Source: a virus
Virus record (IMG/VR): IMGVR_UViG_3300033048_000096
Strand: one strand, 5' to 3'
DNA length: 64,000 nucleotides
Part shown: one piece after another, positions 37,193 to 47,058 of the stretch
Position numbering within the stretch: position 1 is the first letter of the stretch
Layout of the letters: each line of letters starts with the position of its first letter
Made by a program: the position numbers and the translations under genes
The notes under the pieces: generated by a model
What the model saw: only the letters and a program-made list of their open reading frames with translations
Told to the model about the DNA's origin: nothing
Database searches by the model: none

Positions 37193-40100
37193 ACATTTGT
37201 TCTTCGTGAATTTAACCAAAGCATTGGTATGCGCAGGCTTTAATCTATTCACTAACTCAACTATTAAATCTTCAACTTCTCCGTCATTGATTCCGACAAC
37301 TTTATCAAAATTATCAAACACCTCAATGTCAAAATTATATATTCCACTTTTTGGATCTATAATCGTTGCGAACCTATCAATCTTTTTAATTTCTGCATCA
37401 AAATTAATAATTAATGTCGTTGCGTCATCTTCAACTACCTGAGATACGGTATTAAGGTTTGATGAATAATTAAGATCAATAGCATTACCACTAGAATCCT
37501 TTATCACGCCTCTAATTACTCTGCTAAATCTCACATTATCCATTCTTGCTCTTGAGCTATTGTCTCCGAAAATATCTGAACCCACAACTACCATGCCAAA
37601 CTCATCACTCAGAGGTATCGTAAACTTTTGATTTCTAAATTGTCCATCACCCTGAGCGTATTGACCGTAGATATATCCTGTACCATATATTATACCGGTT
37701 CCGTATAAAATAAGCCCACCTTCATTACCATCTGCGAATATTCTCATCGTGTCAAAACCTGACCCGCCAGTCCTATAAGTACACATTACTCTATGCCATG
37801 TGTTTTTCTTCCAATCAATATCTACTGATACTAAATTATCAATACCATTTGCTGTTATTCCAAATACGATTTGATTATTTTCATTTTTAAATATAGAGAA
37901 TCTGTCACCCTGAGATGATAAGGGTACATATGTTACTATCACATCTACATTCTTACCAGGAAGAGATTCTGACAAGAAAACTGTCTTGCCGCTCGCTGAT
38001 AATCTACTGGCTAAGCCGAAATCTTTATCAGTTCCCGTACCTCCCTCAAGAACACCTGATATATTACTTCTAGATACCTCATCAAATAAAATCGTTGAAG
38101 ACTCAGAAGAATCGTAAAATTTAGAAAACTCTTTATTTTTGTTTAGTAACTTAACACTTATGATTTCCCCGGCAGCATTGGGCAAATCTATTACCGTAGA
38201 TGTTCTTGACGCAACTCTCTCTCTTTTTGCAGAAAATATATCTACGTAATATCTCTTCTCTGAGTCTACGAAAGTATCTATCGCTGGACTTACCCAGAAT
38301 TCTATGGTTCCCTCATCCTTTCTAAACTTGCCATCATTATTTAAGAATCTAATGCCCATTCCGCTCGTGAAATTACCTGACTTTAAAAAAGAATCATTAA
38401 CGCTATTATCACTTTTTGGAAATTCCTCAACATTTCTATAGAAATCTGCTATATTAAATATCGGGCCGCCTTCAGCCTTATGAACCTCTGTAAATGTCTT
38501 GTTCGCCTCGGCCAAGTCAAATCCTTTGTTTATCATTTTTGAAGCAAATTCTGATGAATCATTAACTACCATTAATAAATCACTTCTTTCGGATGAGCTT
38601 AGTCTATATTTTAAATTATTCACTTCGTCTAAAAACTCGGAACTCCTAAGCCTTCTTGACTGAAGATCAATTGGGTTATCAAAAGGTATCAGAGTGAGAG
38701 TTTGACTGTCTGGGCAATTAGGTATGGATTTGTTAAAATCATCGGTAACACTTCTAGAACCTGAAGTGAATGATTCAGTTATTCTAGTGTCAGTTGACAT
38801 TTCAGATATAATTCTAAACTCATCTATTACGCCTCCAAATTGATTATCGCCATTCATATCTGAACCTATGTGTAGCTGGTTACCAACTGATGGCAAATTT
38901 AAATTTAAATATGCTGGATATTCCATCGAATATAATCCGGCATGAAGCTCGAACGGAAATGTACCTGCAGAACCTGCTGTGGTTAGCACGAAATGACCAT
39001 TCTTATAATCAAATATTTCCGCGCTGCTTCCTCCGTTATTAGATATAGTTACCGAATCAGTTTCTTTTAACTCTATTAAGGCAGCTTCAAAATAATCAGG
39101 ATCTATCACTATCAAACTACCATCCATTCTGGTTACACTCGTGAAAAACTTCGAACCATCTATGTTTCCGTTCTTGTCAATAAAGAATGTTTCTTCATTA
39201 ATACCATCTGTGGTTGTTCCGTAAACTGTTATTGTATTCGTCCCTCCACCCAAGGATCCATCTTGGTAACCATCTTCGTATCCGTCAAATTCACAATAAT
39301 TTACATTATCGGAATCGAAAAATAACATAAGAGTCCTTCCTAAATTCTGCTTACTAATAGCTCCAGACTCCGAAGATAGGTTATTTACGCAATTGACATT
39401 ATCAAAGGTTATATCAAAATCAATCTGATATCCTAACTCAGGCAACTGAATGGGATCTAATATACCAATAACTGTTCTTCCGAGAATTGTTCTTGTGATT
39501 AGAACATCCTCTAATGATACTGGCTCAACATTTCTAGACTTAATTACACTTTGGCCGCTAAATACATCTATGCCTGTAGCCGCACTTGATTGCGAACTTA
39601 TGTAGGATGAAGAAGAAAGATTTAACTTACTCCTGCAGTTTTCAAGATTTAATCCATATGTTTCTATATGAAGACTTATATCCGTATAATCAATCGTCGC
39701 TATATAGTTGCATAAACTGTCCTGACCAATGAACTCTATCAACCTAGTGTCTAGGTTAACTCTGAACTTAGGTTTAGTCACATTAGAACCTTTTATTATA
39801 TTTACATTCCCTGTCGATACAGAATAAAACACTCCGGACATCTCTGAACTAACTCCGTCCGGTGTAACTCTAAATATAGATAATCTGGAATTTCTAAGAT
39901 CAGTTAGTATAGGAGATTTTATGCCCGCTATTGGAGGGAATTCAAACTCGATATCTCCGGCAGATATTTCGAACGTAATTAAATCGACAGAAGAACCTCT
40001 CCCTAAAGTAATTTGATTGTCATCTATAACACTTCTTATTATGTACTCTCCACCAATTAAAGTGGGGGCCAAAGTTGAACCTGTAATAAGTATGCTCCGC

Positions 40101-43100
40101 CCTATCATATCCTGAGAGAATGCGGATGATGATGACTGAAATACCGAATTGCCGGCAGAAACCGTCCCGTCAGTATATTTATCGCAAAAACTTACGTCAT
40201 AAACCAAGAAGTCATATAGAACCTCCTTACTCACATCCCGGAACTTATCATTTAATTTTACAGGAACATTGCCGCCGAACTTGAATATATTTGGAGCCTC
40301 TTGACCATCTATAAATATATGCATCTCATCTTTCTCGTCAACAGAATTAAGCTTCCAGCTGGCTGCGATATGATGCAATTCTCCAGGGTTAAAATGCTTC
40401 ACACTTGTTGCTAAATTAAATTTCCCAACAGGCTTGGCTCTTGATAAACTGTCGTCAAATATTCTAAAGTTCAAAAAGCCTTTGCCATCTTTAAATATAG
40501 AAAATCTCTTGTCAGAAATAGACGCACCAGTATCAAGTAAGTATCTAGTTCTGTCAGAAGTTATAAACATCTCATCCACGCCTATAAAATCTGTGTACCC
40601 ATCATAAGCGTCTGTGTAACCGTCAACAAATGATGAATATCCATCTAGGTCATCTATGTTAAAGCAAAATTCAATTTTAGAATCTGTATTTATAAGAATG
40701 TCATTTGATTCAAGATATCCATCTCCATCAACCTGTATCCCCGAAAAAAATATTAAGTCAATATCTATAACGTTTGGTATGTTTTCAGAGTGAAATATCA
40801 ATGAATCGACCAGGTTAGAATCAAATAAGTAAACTGCTATGTTTGGACTTGAAAAATCAGAGGTTGCGTCGAAAACTGGTGTCATTAATTCCCCAAGGAG
40901 TAGTTGACTAACCAATAAGTTATCCACATATACTGTTATTATACCCGACTCTTCATCCTTCTCCACCTTATATTCATGAAAGTTTTGATCATTCCATATA
41001 TATGAAATTATATCTAATATTTGACCAGTTACTGAATCAATCACTAACACCAAAGGCTGACTGGAATCGCTAAATGCTAACGCTATCTTTATATCTATTT
41101 CTCCGTCGTTAAGATGAATAGGAGTTATTCCCGTTATGTTACCTGATACTGCGCCCGAGAATGAACCAGAACTTCCAGATGATATCCCTAAATCAACTTG
41201 AGATACTCTTAGCGATACTATATATTCGAAGTTACCGCCTGAACAAGGATTTTCTGTATAAACTAAGTTACCTAAAAAATTATCCTCTTCTACACAACTC
41301 ATCAAATCTTCCGACGGACCCATTCTATATATACCTGTGGATGTTCCAGTATCAAATGTACCATGCTTTCTCCAGTTACCCCTTTGCGTTTCTCTACCAC
41401 CTACTATTGTATTTATAAAGTCTGACTCCGAATCCTCAAGCTTTGACCATCCGAAATTCTCAAGCAATTCATTGCCGCAATATCTAAATGAATTATTACA
41501 TATAACCCCGAGATCACATCCGCCCTGAGACTCTTCCCTAAACGCTCTCGATACCGAAGAAAACTCACCATCAGTCGTAATTACACCAGAGAACTTATGG
41601 GTCGGGAAGAATGTGCTAAATACATTTGTATAATCATTTCCTGACAAGATGACGTCAGTCGGGCATGCTAAGCTTCGCGAAGACCTAGCTCTAAATATCC
41701 ATTGACCTATGTCGCTCGAAACTGGAGACTTACATAACTCATCAAACCATATAAATATACCATCTCCGGAGCTAGCATTAGGAGGCTCACCTACTGCAGT
41801 TAATGGATAATCATCCCTATTTATACTAAAGGAATTTCTTGTCGGACTAAAGCCTCCTCCTCCAATCTGTATGTCGCTAAGAGTATATCTGTTCTGTAAA
41901 GTTCCATTTCCCCTTAGAATATCTATGTTAGCTAAGGTTCTGCCGCCTAACATACCTATGATTACACCCCTCAACTCTTCAGAATCAATCGTTTGCCCAA
42001 ATGATAAGTTGCACGAATAGAATGAATCAGTGTAAAACATCCTGCTTCTAGCTCCATCTATCATTATATCAACAATATTGTCACATGGTGTTCTTACTAT
42101 CCCATACTCATGATAATTATTCCAATCTATAACATTTGACTTTATTAATCCGAATGCCTGAGCCGAGTTGCTGTAATCAGACTTGGTAACTACATCTACT
42201 GACTTAAAGAGAAGTCTTATCACTCCTGTTGGTAAGGCTGAGTTTATTTCTTCCGAACCCATCGCTGCCAAGGATGGGTTATTTATACCTAATCTCTTTA
42301 TAGATAATTTTTTAGCCGAGTCAGGGATCAAATTAGATATTAAATTATCAAAATTATCGTAAAACCCAATCACCTGATAAAAAATCCCCTCTCCATCAAC
42401 AAGTATGAATACCGAAGATAAATCATCGATTATATTAACGGATGATTTCATTGACGTAAAGTCAAACGCGGAATCAAGCTCGATCGTTACTGATAGATCA
42501 TTAAATTTTTCTAGCTGTGAAATTGTATTTTCTACATAACATTTGCACCCAGCTGTATAGTGAGGTCTGTTATATTTAGGTATATCCTCCGCATCTATAC
42601 TTAGTATTCCGCCATTACCTACAGCCGGAGAAACTACAAATTTAAATCCAGAAACCTCATTTAAGTTAATCGATATACCCGATGTTCTTTCTCCGTCAGG
42701 TATTATTAGCGAACCTATATTAAAAGCTATCGGAGGTGAAGAAATATCTACAGGCCAAGGACCGCCCACGAATGATCCAGGACCATGACAACCTACTATG
42801 AAAAATGTTTCATCCGGAATCTCACCTTCGCATAAAGCTATTGACTCTATGTTAGTTATGACACCTCTTAGATCATTAAAATGACTACCTACCAATCCAA
42901 CTCTTAATGTTGCGCTAAAGTCAGAGCTAATAAGCCTATCTAGATTTTCTTGAGCTTTGTAAAGACCGTATACGCCCACTGATAGTCCGTATTTTTCTGA
43001 AGAATCTGATCTGTAATTAAATATATTTGTACCTGAACCCAAAGAGTCAGATCCACCAACTAAATTACTGGAAGGAACTAGGGTCCAATTATTATCAGAA

Positions 43101-46100
43101 TTAAACGGATCAGAACCTGAGTCTAAGAATACCTTCTCTTCACCGATATTATCAATGTTAAAGGTTAAAGTTGCGTCATTATTTATCCCGGCCCAATCTG
43201 GCCTCACCCAAGCCTCTACAGTTCCTTCGTCAAGTGATATGGCTGATATAGCGGGAACGCTAACCGTAATGTCATCATTAAATATCAACCCATCATTAAA
43301 TTTACCCTCAGCGTACTTAAGAACTCCATCATAACTTATGTTTCCTGGCGACAAATAATCTCTACCCAAAATCCAATTACCAAATATAAGCTCATCAACG
43401 TCAGGCTCTATCTTCGTGAATGATTTAACCAACTCTTTATAGGCCGGAATTGTTGGCCCTTTAGGGAATGATTGTAGGACTCCCTTTATCGCATCTCTAT
43501 ACAACTCTCTCGATGTATCAACGCCAAATGACTGAAAAAATGGTATATTTGTTAGTGAGCCAAAATTAACCCTAAGTGAATCCCTTAACGCACCAAACTT
43601 ATATGTAACAAAATATTCTTCGCCCTCTTCTATTGAGTCACTAACGCTCCAGTCTATGGCATTATCACCATACTCATACCAAACTATAACCTCATCAAAT
43701 AAATATGCATAGTCAACGAATACAAACCCGAATCTATAATCTATAGCTAATGACGTTCCTATAGCTGGAATAAGTGTCGTTAAATAAATGATTTCAATTA
43801 GATCCCCAGAGCTTATCCCAGCATCAAGAGGTATATCTATCGTCATAGTGCCAGAGGCAAAAGTCACAGTAGGCTTCACGACTATCTCCGAGAAACCTAG
43901 AGTGGGTACCGTTGCTAACGCATTATTTATCGCTGGAGTAGATATCGTTAATGTTGACAATAATGTATCGACAGCTGTTATTCCAAATCTATTACCATCT
44001 AAATCTAACAAGAAGTCTGTGCCGTCAGAATCTACCGTTGCTAAACTTACACTAGTGGAAATTGACACGGTTGCTGAACCAACACCCGAAGATACCGACA
44101 CTATAGATAAATCTTCCAACTTCGTTATGTTCAATGATTCATCAAAAATAATCGAATCACTTGAGACTAACCTAGCTTCAACGAATGTGCTAGCAGTATC
44201 ATCAATCACAGTCACAGAAACACTAGCTCCATCTGTAAGAACTCTTCTCCTCTGCTTTTTCTTAAAATCAATTATGTTATTTTCAAAATTTACTGAACTT
44301 ACATCATATAAGTTTCTACCTCCATTCTTAACTTCGGAAACTAATGAGCTTGATGAAAACTCCTCGACCCTGTTAGCCTCACTAGAAGACTTCAGATCAA
44401 CTCCGGTTAAATCATTTAGATTAAATATTCCATTTATTGAATTTATGTCATGAGGGACAACCACTGTGTAATCGTCCAGAACAGTACATATTAACTGCCT
44501 ATCTCCAGAAGAATCAATAGCTTTAGTTTCTCCATCGTAAACATTTAAAGTATTTTCCAAATCTAACGCTGTTATGCTGTCATTATCGTTAGTAACTTGG
44601 CCATAAACTATCTCCGCATCCCTTATGTCATTTGATCCGTTTCTTTTTTTAGACACCCCTGATGCTGTTATTATGTTTTTATGCCTAGTGTCTATATCTC
44701 TGTTGAAATAACTTATGCTTCCTAAATTTATATCCTTAAATCTGCTAACAGAAAGGTACACTATCCCGTTGTTGTAGTCTACGGAGTAGTCGCCAACTTT
44801 TCTAAGTCTAGATAGGTTGGCCGAAAATACGGTGCCCTTGTTATCTACCAGCCCTCTTGATATCCCTCCCGTTGTAGTCGGTATCGTTCCTGGGTTTATA
44901 AAGACAGGTTCGAAGTATTTTTCTTTCGAAAATAACCCAACGTCATCAAACTCTATTGATGTGTTCATTAATGAGCCTATGCTGTCATGATTTTTATTTA
45001 TAATGCCCTGGCTATCAAGATTTACGATAAACCCTCTAGTACCTATTATAATGTTAGATCCCGTAGCTGGAGATGACGATGTCGCGCTTATTCCTACTGA
45101 ATTTATTAAGTTGTTGGCGTCTGGGGTTCCGAAAAAATTTATATTAAGATCTAAAACTTCACTGATCGAGCCAGCTATGCTAGATTCCCTGATGAAATAA
45201 TCAACAGAGTTCTGTGACAGCAATTCCGCTGGTATACCTGGGCTAAATGTTATGTTGTTATTCGAAATGCTTGAAGTTATTATAGTGTTAAATGTTGGTA
45301 TTATAAATTCACCAATTACTATTAGACTCTCATCAACTACTCTACTAAACTTTGCCTCTTCGGAATTAACTTCTTTTATCTCAGGAGATCTGTTGCCGGA
45401 AAATGCAATCTCTGTGTCAGTATGGAATAATGAACTATAAACTTCCCCTGTAGTTTGGTTTAAAATTCTAAACACATCAGTTATTGGGGCGTTTTGAGTT
45501 CTAAGTCTAAATGACTGGCTTAAGTTATTCTTAACGAACTCTGGCATAACTTCGATATGAGACTTCGCCAAATAATCTATACCCTGAGCAAACACTTCTT
45601 CATACCTTATAAATATTTCTGCCTCGTTATTTGAAAGTTCCCTGTCAGGAGTTGGTACTAAATCCTGGCTAAATATAGAGTAATCAAGGTCCCTGATAAA
45701 TTCTCTTCTGAAATAATAAGTTGATACATAATTATTCCTGCCGGTACCCTCTCCTAATGTTTCTGCTCCAACCAGAAATACCTCGCCAGTACTATAATTA
45801 ATCGAATACTCACCTAACTTCGACGGTAACTTACTTGAGTCAAATACTAATTCATTAGAAAACTCACTTGGTATAATGCCTGAATTTTCAGTGGTCCTAA
45901 AGGCAACTCCGCCTAGGCTAATTACTTGATTATTTATATTCACTATCGGGGCGTTATCCAAAAAGAATGATGCCGAATTCGTAGGGACTGATTCGTTTAT
46001 TGACTCATCAACTCTACTTACCTCAACTTGATCTTCCAAAATGTATTTGCCGTTATTTTTATATAGATAAGTTACGATAAATGAATCCAATACTGATGGC

Positions 46101-47050
46101 CTAGGAATATTGCCAAACTCGGATAGCAATATTTGATTATCATCTAACCTTATGAACTGGAAAGAGAAATCTTGATCATAAGAATTATCTGCTATTGAAT
46201 ATTTATACTTCTCTAGGTCATAATCAATACCTATATTTCCATCGCAATCAATCTCGTCTCCATTTGCTATGTATTTAACTGACAAAATCTTGATCACATT
46301 TCTATTCTTGAGGCTTAACAAAAATCCATCAAAACTATTGGATTCTGACGCGATATCTATAGTTTCATCCTCAGCGACCACTTGCTGTAATGATATGGGG
46401 TAAACGGGTAAAGTCTTGCTTCTTGATAATGGGTTCGAACTAGTGTAATTTAATATCTCAAATATAGGGGCAGAGTCAGTCTGCGTTTTGGCTACTCTAA
46501 TTATTTCATACGCATTCTCATTCGCCATTCTATCGGTGGCTCCAGAGCTACGAGTTCTAGGCTCATCAATTATATCGACACACAAATAATTATTGCTTAA
46601 TACCTCTCCAATTGTCTTTTGAGCGGTATATAACTCGTTAGCCTGAGATGATATCACCTTTCCTAATGTCGTATTTTCAATCTCAACCAAGTCAGGGAGC
46701 TTCTCGAACATTCTATCTCTAAATGGATTCACATTGTCAATTCCAACAAAAAATATATCTCTTGATATAGAATCAAATGGGATCCCTTGCCCCTTGGTTG
46801 ATGTGAATGGAACTTCATTAGTATCAAGGAACTTAATTAGATAATAATTCCCTGACACCTGAGGCCTTGTTTTTACCGTAATTACAGAGCCATTTAAATT
46901 TACAGATAATATCTCCAAATCATTTACGGCACCATTTAAAGAACCTATCGAGAAGTTATCCGTAGATATACTTTCAGAAACATCCTCACTGAATGTGATC
47001 TTCACTTCTGTGGTTGACGGTATTGATAATGCTATTGCTCGTAAAGCCAT
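37190..47050 (-). CDS. giant baseplate wedge/tail protein (3286 aa) with LamG/ConA-like domains
   Basis: Follows baseplate J; YRDAIKGVLQSFPKGPT and terminal LVNRLKPAHT resemble gpI/gp7-type wedge subunits; EGTVEAW, HHIAASW, IDEFRI, EGTIEFW, WHRVMCTY, MDNVRFS LamG strands; Ig-like N-terminus (VKITFSEDV). Confidence 0.7.
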   Translation of the reverse strand: MALRAIALSIPSTTEVKITFSEDVSESISTDNFSIGSLNGAVNDLEILSVNLNGSVITVKTRPQVSGNYYLIKFLDTNEVPFTSTKGQGIPFDSISRDIFFVGIDNVNPFRDRMFEKLPDLVEIENTTLGKVISSQANELYTAQKTIGEVLSNNYLCVDIIDEPRTRSSGATDRMANENAYEIIRVAKTQTDSAPIFEILNYTSSNPLSRSKTLPVYPISLQQVVAEDETIDIASESNSFDGFLLSLKNRNVIKILSVKYIANGDEIDCDGNIGIDYDLEKYKYSIADNSYDQDFSFQFIRLDDNQILLSEFGNIPRPSVLDSFIVTYLYKNNGKYILEDQVEVSRVDESINESVPTNSASFFLDNAPIVNINNQVISLGGVAFRTTENSGIIPSEFSNELVFDSSKLPSKLGEYSINYSTGEVFLVGAETLGEGTGRNNYVSTYYFRREFIRDLDYSIFSQDLVPTPDRELSNNEAEIFIRYEEVFAQGIDYLAKSHIEVMPEFVKNNLSQSFRLRTQNAPITDVFRILNQTTGEVYSSLFHTDTEIAFSGNRSPEIKEVNSEEAKFSRVVDESLIVIGEFIIPTFNTIITSSISNNNITFSPGIPAELLSQNSVDYFIRESSIAGSISEVLDLNINFFGTPDANNLINSVGISATSSSPATGSNIIIGTRGFIVNLDSQGIINKNHDSIGSLMNTSIEFDDVGLFSKEKYFEPVFINPGTIPTTTGGISRGLVDNKGTVFSANLSRLRKVGDYSVDYNNGIVYLSVSRFKDINLGSISYFNRDIDTRHKNIITASGVSKKRNGSNDIRDAEIVYGQVTNDNDSITALDLENTLNVYDGETKAIDSSGDRQLICTVLDDYTVVVPHDINSINGIFNLNDLTGVDLKSSSEANRVEEFSSSSLVSEVKNGGRNLYDVSSVNFENNIIDFKKKQRRRVLTDGASVSVTVIDDTASTFVEARLVSSDSIIFDESLNITKLEDLSIVSVSSGVGSATVSISTSVSLATVDSDGTDFLLDLDGNRFGITAVDTLLSTLTISTPAINNALATVPTLGFSEIVVKPTVTFASGTMTIDIPLDAGISSGDLIEIIYLTTLIPAIGTSLAIDYRFGFVFVDYAYLFDEVIVWYEYGDNAIDWSVSDSIEEGEEYFVTYKFGALRDSLRVNFGSLTNIPFFQSFGVDTSRELYRDAIKGVLQSFPKGPTIPAYKELVKSFTKIEPDVDELIFGNWILGRDYLSPGNISYDGVLKYAEGKFNDGLIFNDDITVSVPAISAISLDEGTVEAWVRPDWAGINNDATLTFNIDNIGEEKVFLDSGSDPFNSDNNWTLVPSSNLVGGSDSLGSGTNIFNYRSDSSEKYGLSVGVYGLYKAQENLDRLISSDFSATLRVGLVGSHFNDLRGVITNIESIALCEGEIPDETFFIVGCHGPGSFVGGPWPVDISSPPIAFNIGSLIIPDGERTSGISINLNEVSGFKFVVSPAVGNGGILSIDAEDIPKYNRPHYTAGCKCYVENTISQLEKFNDLSVTIELDSAFDFTSMKSSVNIIDDLSSVFILVDGEGIFYQVIGFYDNFDNLISNLIPDSAKKLSIKRLGINNPSLAAMGSEEINSALPTGVIRLLFKSVDVVTKSDYSNSAQAFGLIKSNVIDWNNYHEYGIVRTPCDNIVDIMIDGARSRMFYTDSFYSCNLSFGQTIDSEELRGVIIGMLGGRTLANIDILRGNGTLQNRYTLSDIQIGGGGFSPTRNSFSINRDDYPLTAVGEPPNASSGDGIFIWFDELCKSPVSSDIGQWIFRARSSRSLACPTDVILSGNDYTNVFSTFFPTHKFSGVITTDGEFSSVSRAFREESQGGCDLGVICNNSFRYCGNELLENFGWSKLEDSESDFINTIVGGRETQRGNWRKHGTFDTGTSTGIYRMGPSEDLMSCVEEDNFLGNLVYTENPCSGGNFEYIVSLRVSQVDLGISSGSSGSFSGAVSGNITGITPIHLNDGEIDIKIALAFSDSSQPLVLVIDSVTGQILDIISYIWNDQNFHEYKVEKDEESGIITVYVDNLLVSQLLLGELMTPVFDATSDFSSPNIAVYLFDSNLVDSLIFHSENIPNVIDIDLIFFSGIQVDGDGYLESNDILINTDSKIEFCFNIDDLDGYSSFVDGYTDAYDGYTDFIGVDEMFITSDRTRYLLDTGASISDKRFSIFKDGKGFLNFRIFDDSLSRAKPVGKFNLATSVKHFNPGELHHIAASWKLNSVDEKDEMHIFIDGQEAPNIFKFGGNVPVKLNDKFRDVSKEVLYDFLVYDVSFCDKYTDGTVSAGNSVFQSSSSAFSQDMIGRSILITGSTLAPTLIGGEYIIRSVIDDNQITLGRGSSVDLITFEISAGDIEFEFPPIAGIKSPILTDLRNSRLSIFRVTPDGVSSEMSGVFYSVSTGNVNIIKGSNVTKPKFRVNLDTRLIEFIGQDSLCNYIATIDYTDISLHIETYGLNLENCRSKLNLSSSSYISSQSSAATGIDVFSGQSVIKSRNVEPVSLEDVLITRTILGRTVIGILDPIQLPELGYQIDFDITFDNVNCVNNLSSESGAISKQNLGRTLMLFFDSDNVNYCEFDGYEDGYQDGSLGGGTNTITVYGTTTDGINEETFFIDKNGNIDGSKFFTSVTRMDGSLIVIDPDYFEAALIELKETDSVTISNNGGSSAEIFDYKNGHFVLTTAGSAGTFPFELHAGLYSMEYPAYLNLNLPSVGNQLHIGSDMNGDNQFGGVIDEFRIISEMSTDTRITESFTSGSRSVTDDFNKSIPNCPDSQTLTLIPFDNPIDLQSRRLRSSEFLDEVNNLKYRLSSSERSDLLMVVNDSSEFASKMINKGFDLAEANKTFTEVHKAEGGPIFNIADFYRNVEEFPKSDNSVNDSFLKSGNFTSGMGIRFLNNDGKFRKDEGTIEFWVSPAIDTFVDSEKRYYVDIFSAKRERVASRTSTVIDLPNAAGEIISVKLLNKNKEFSKFYDSSESSTILFDEVSRSNISGVLEGGTGTDKDFGLASRLSASGKTVFLSESLPGKNVDVIVTYVPLSSQGDRFSIFKNENNQIVFGITANGIDNLVSVDIDWKKNTWHRVMCTYRTGGSGFDTMRIFADGNEGGLILYGTGIIYGTGYIYGQYAQGDGQFRNQKFTIPLSDEFGMVVVGSDIFGDNSSRARMDNVRFSRVIRGVIKDSSGNAIDLNYSSNLNTVSQVVEDDATTLIINFDAEIKKIDRFATIIDPKSGIYNFDIEVFDNFDKVVGINDGEVEDLIVELVNRLKPAHTNALVKFTKNKC

Positions 47051-47058
47051 ATTAAACC

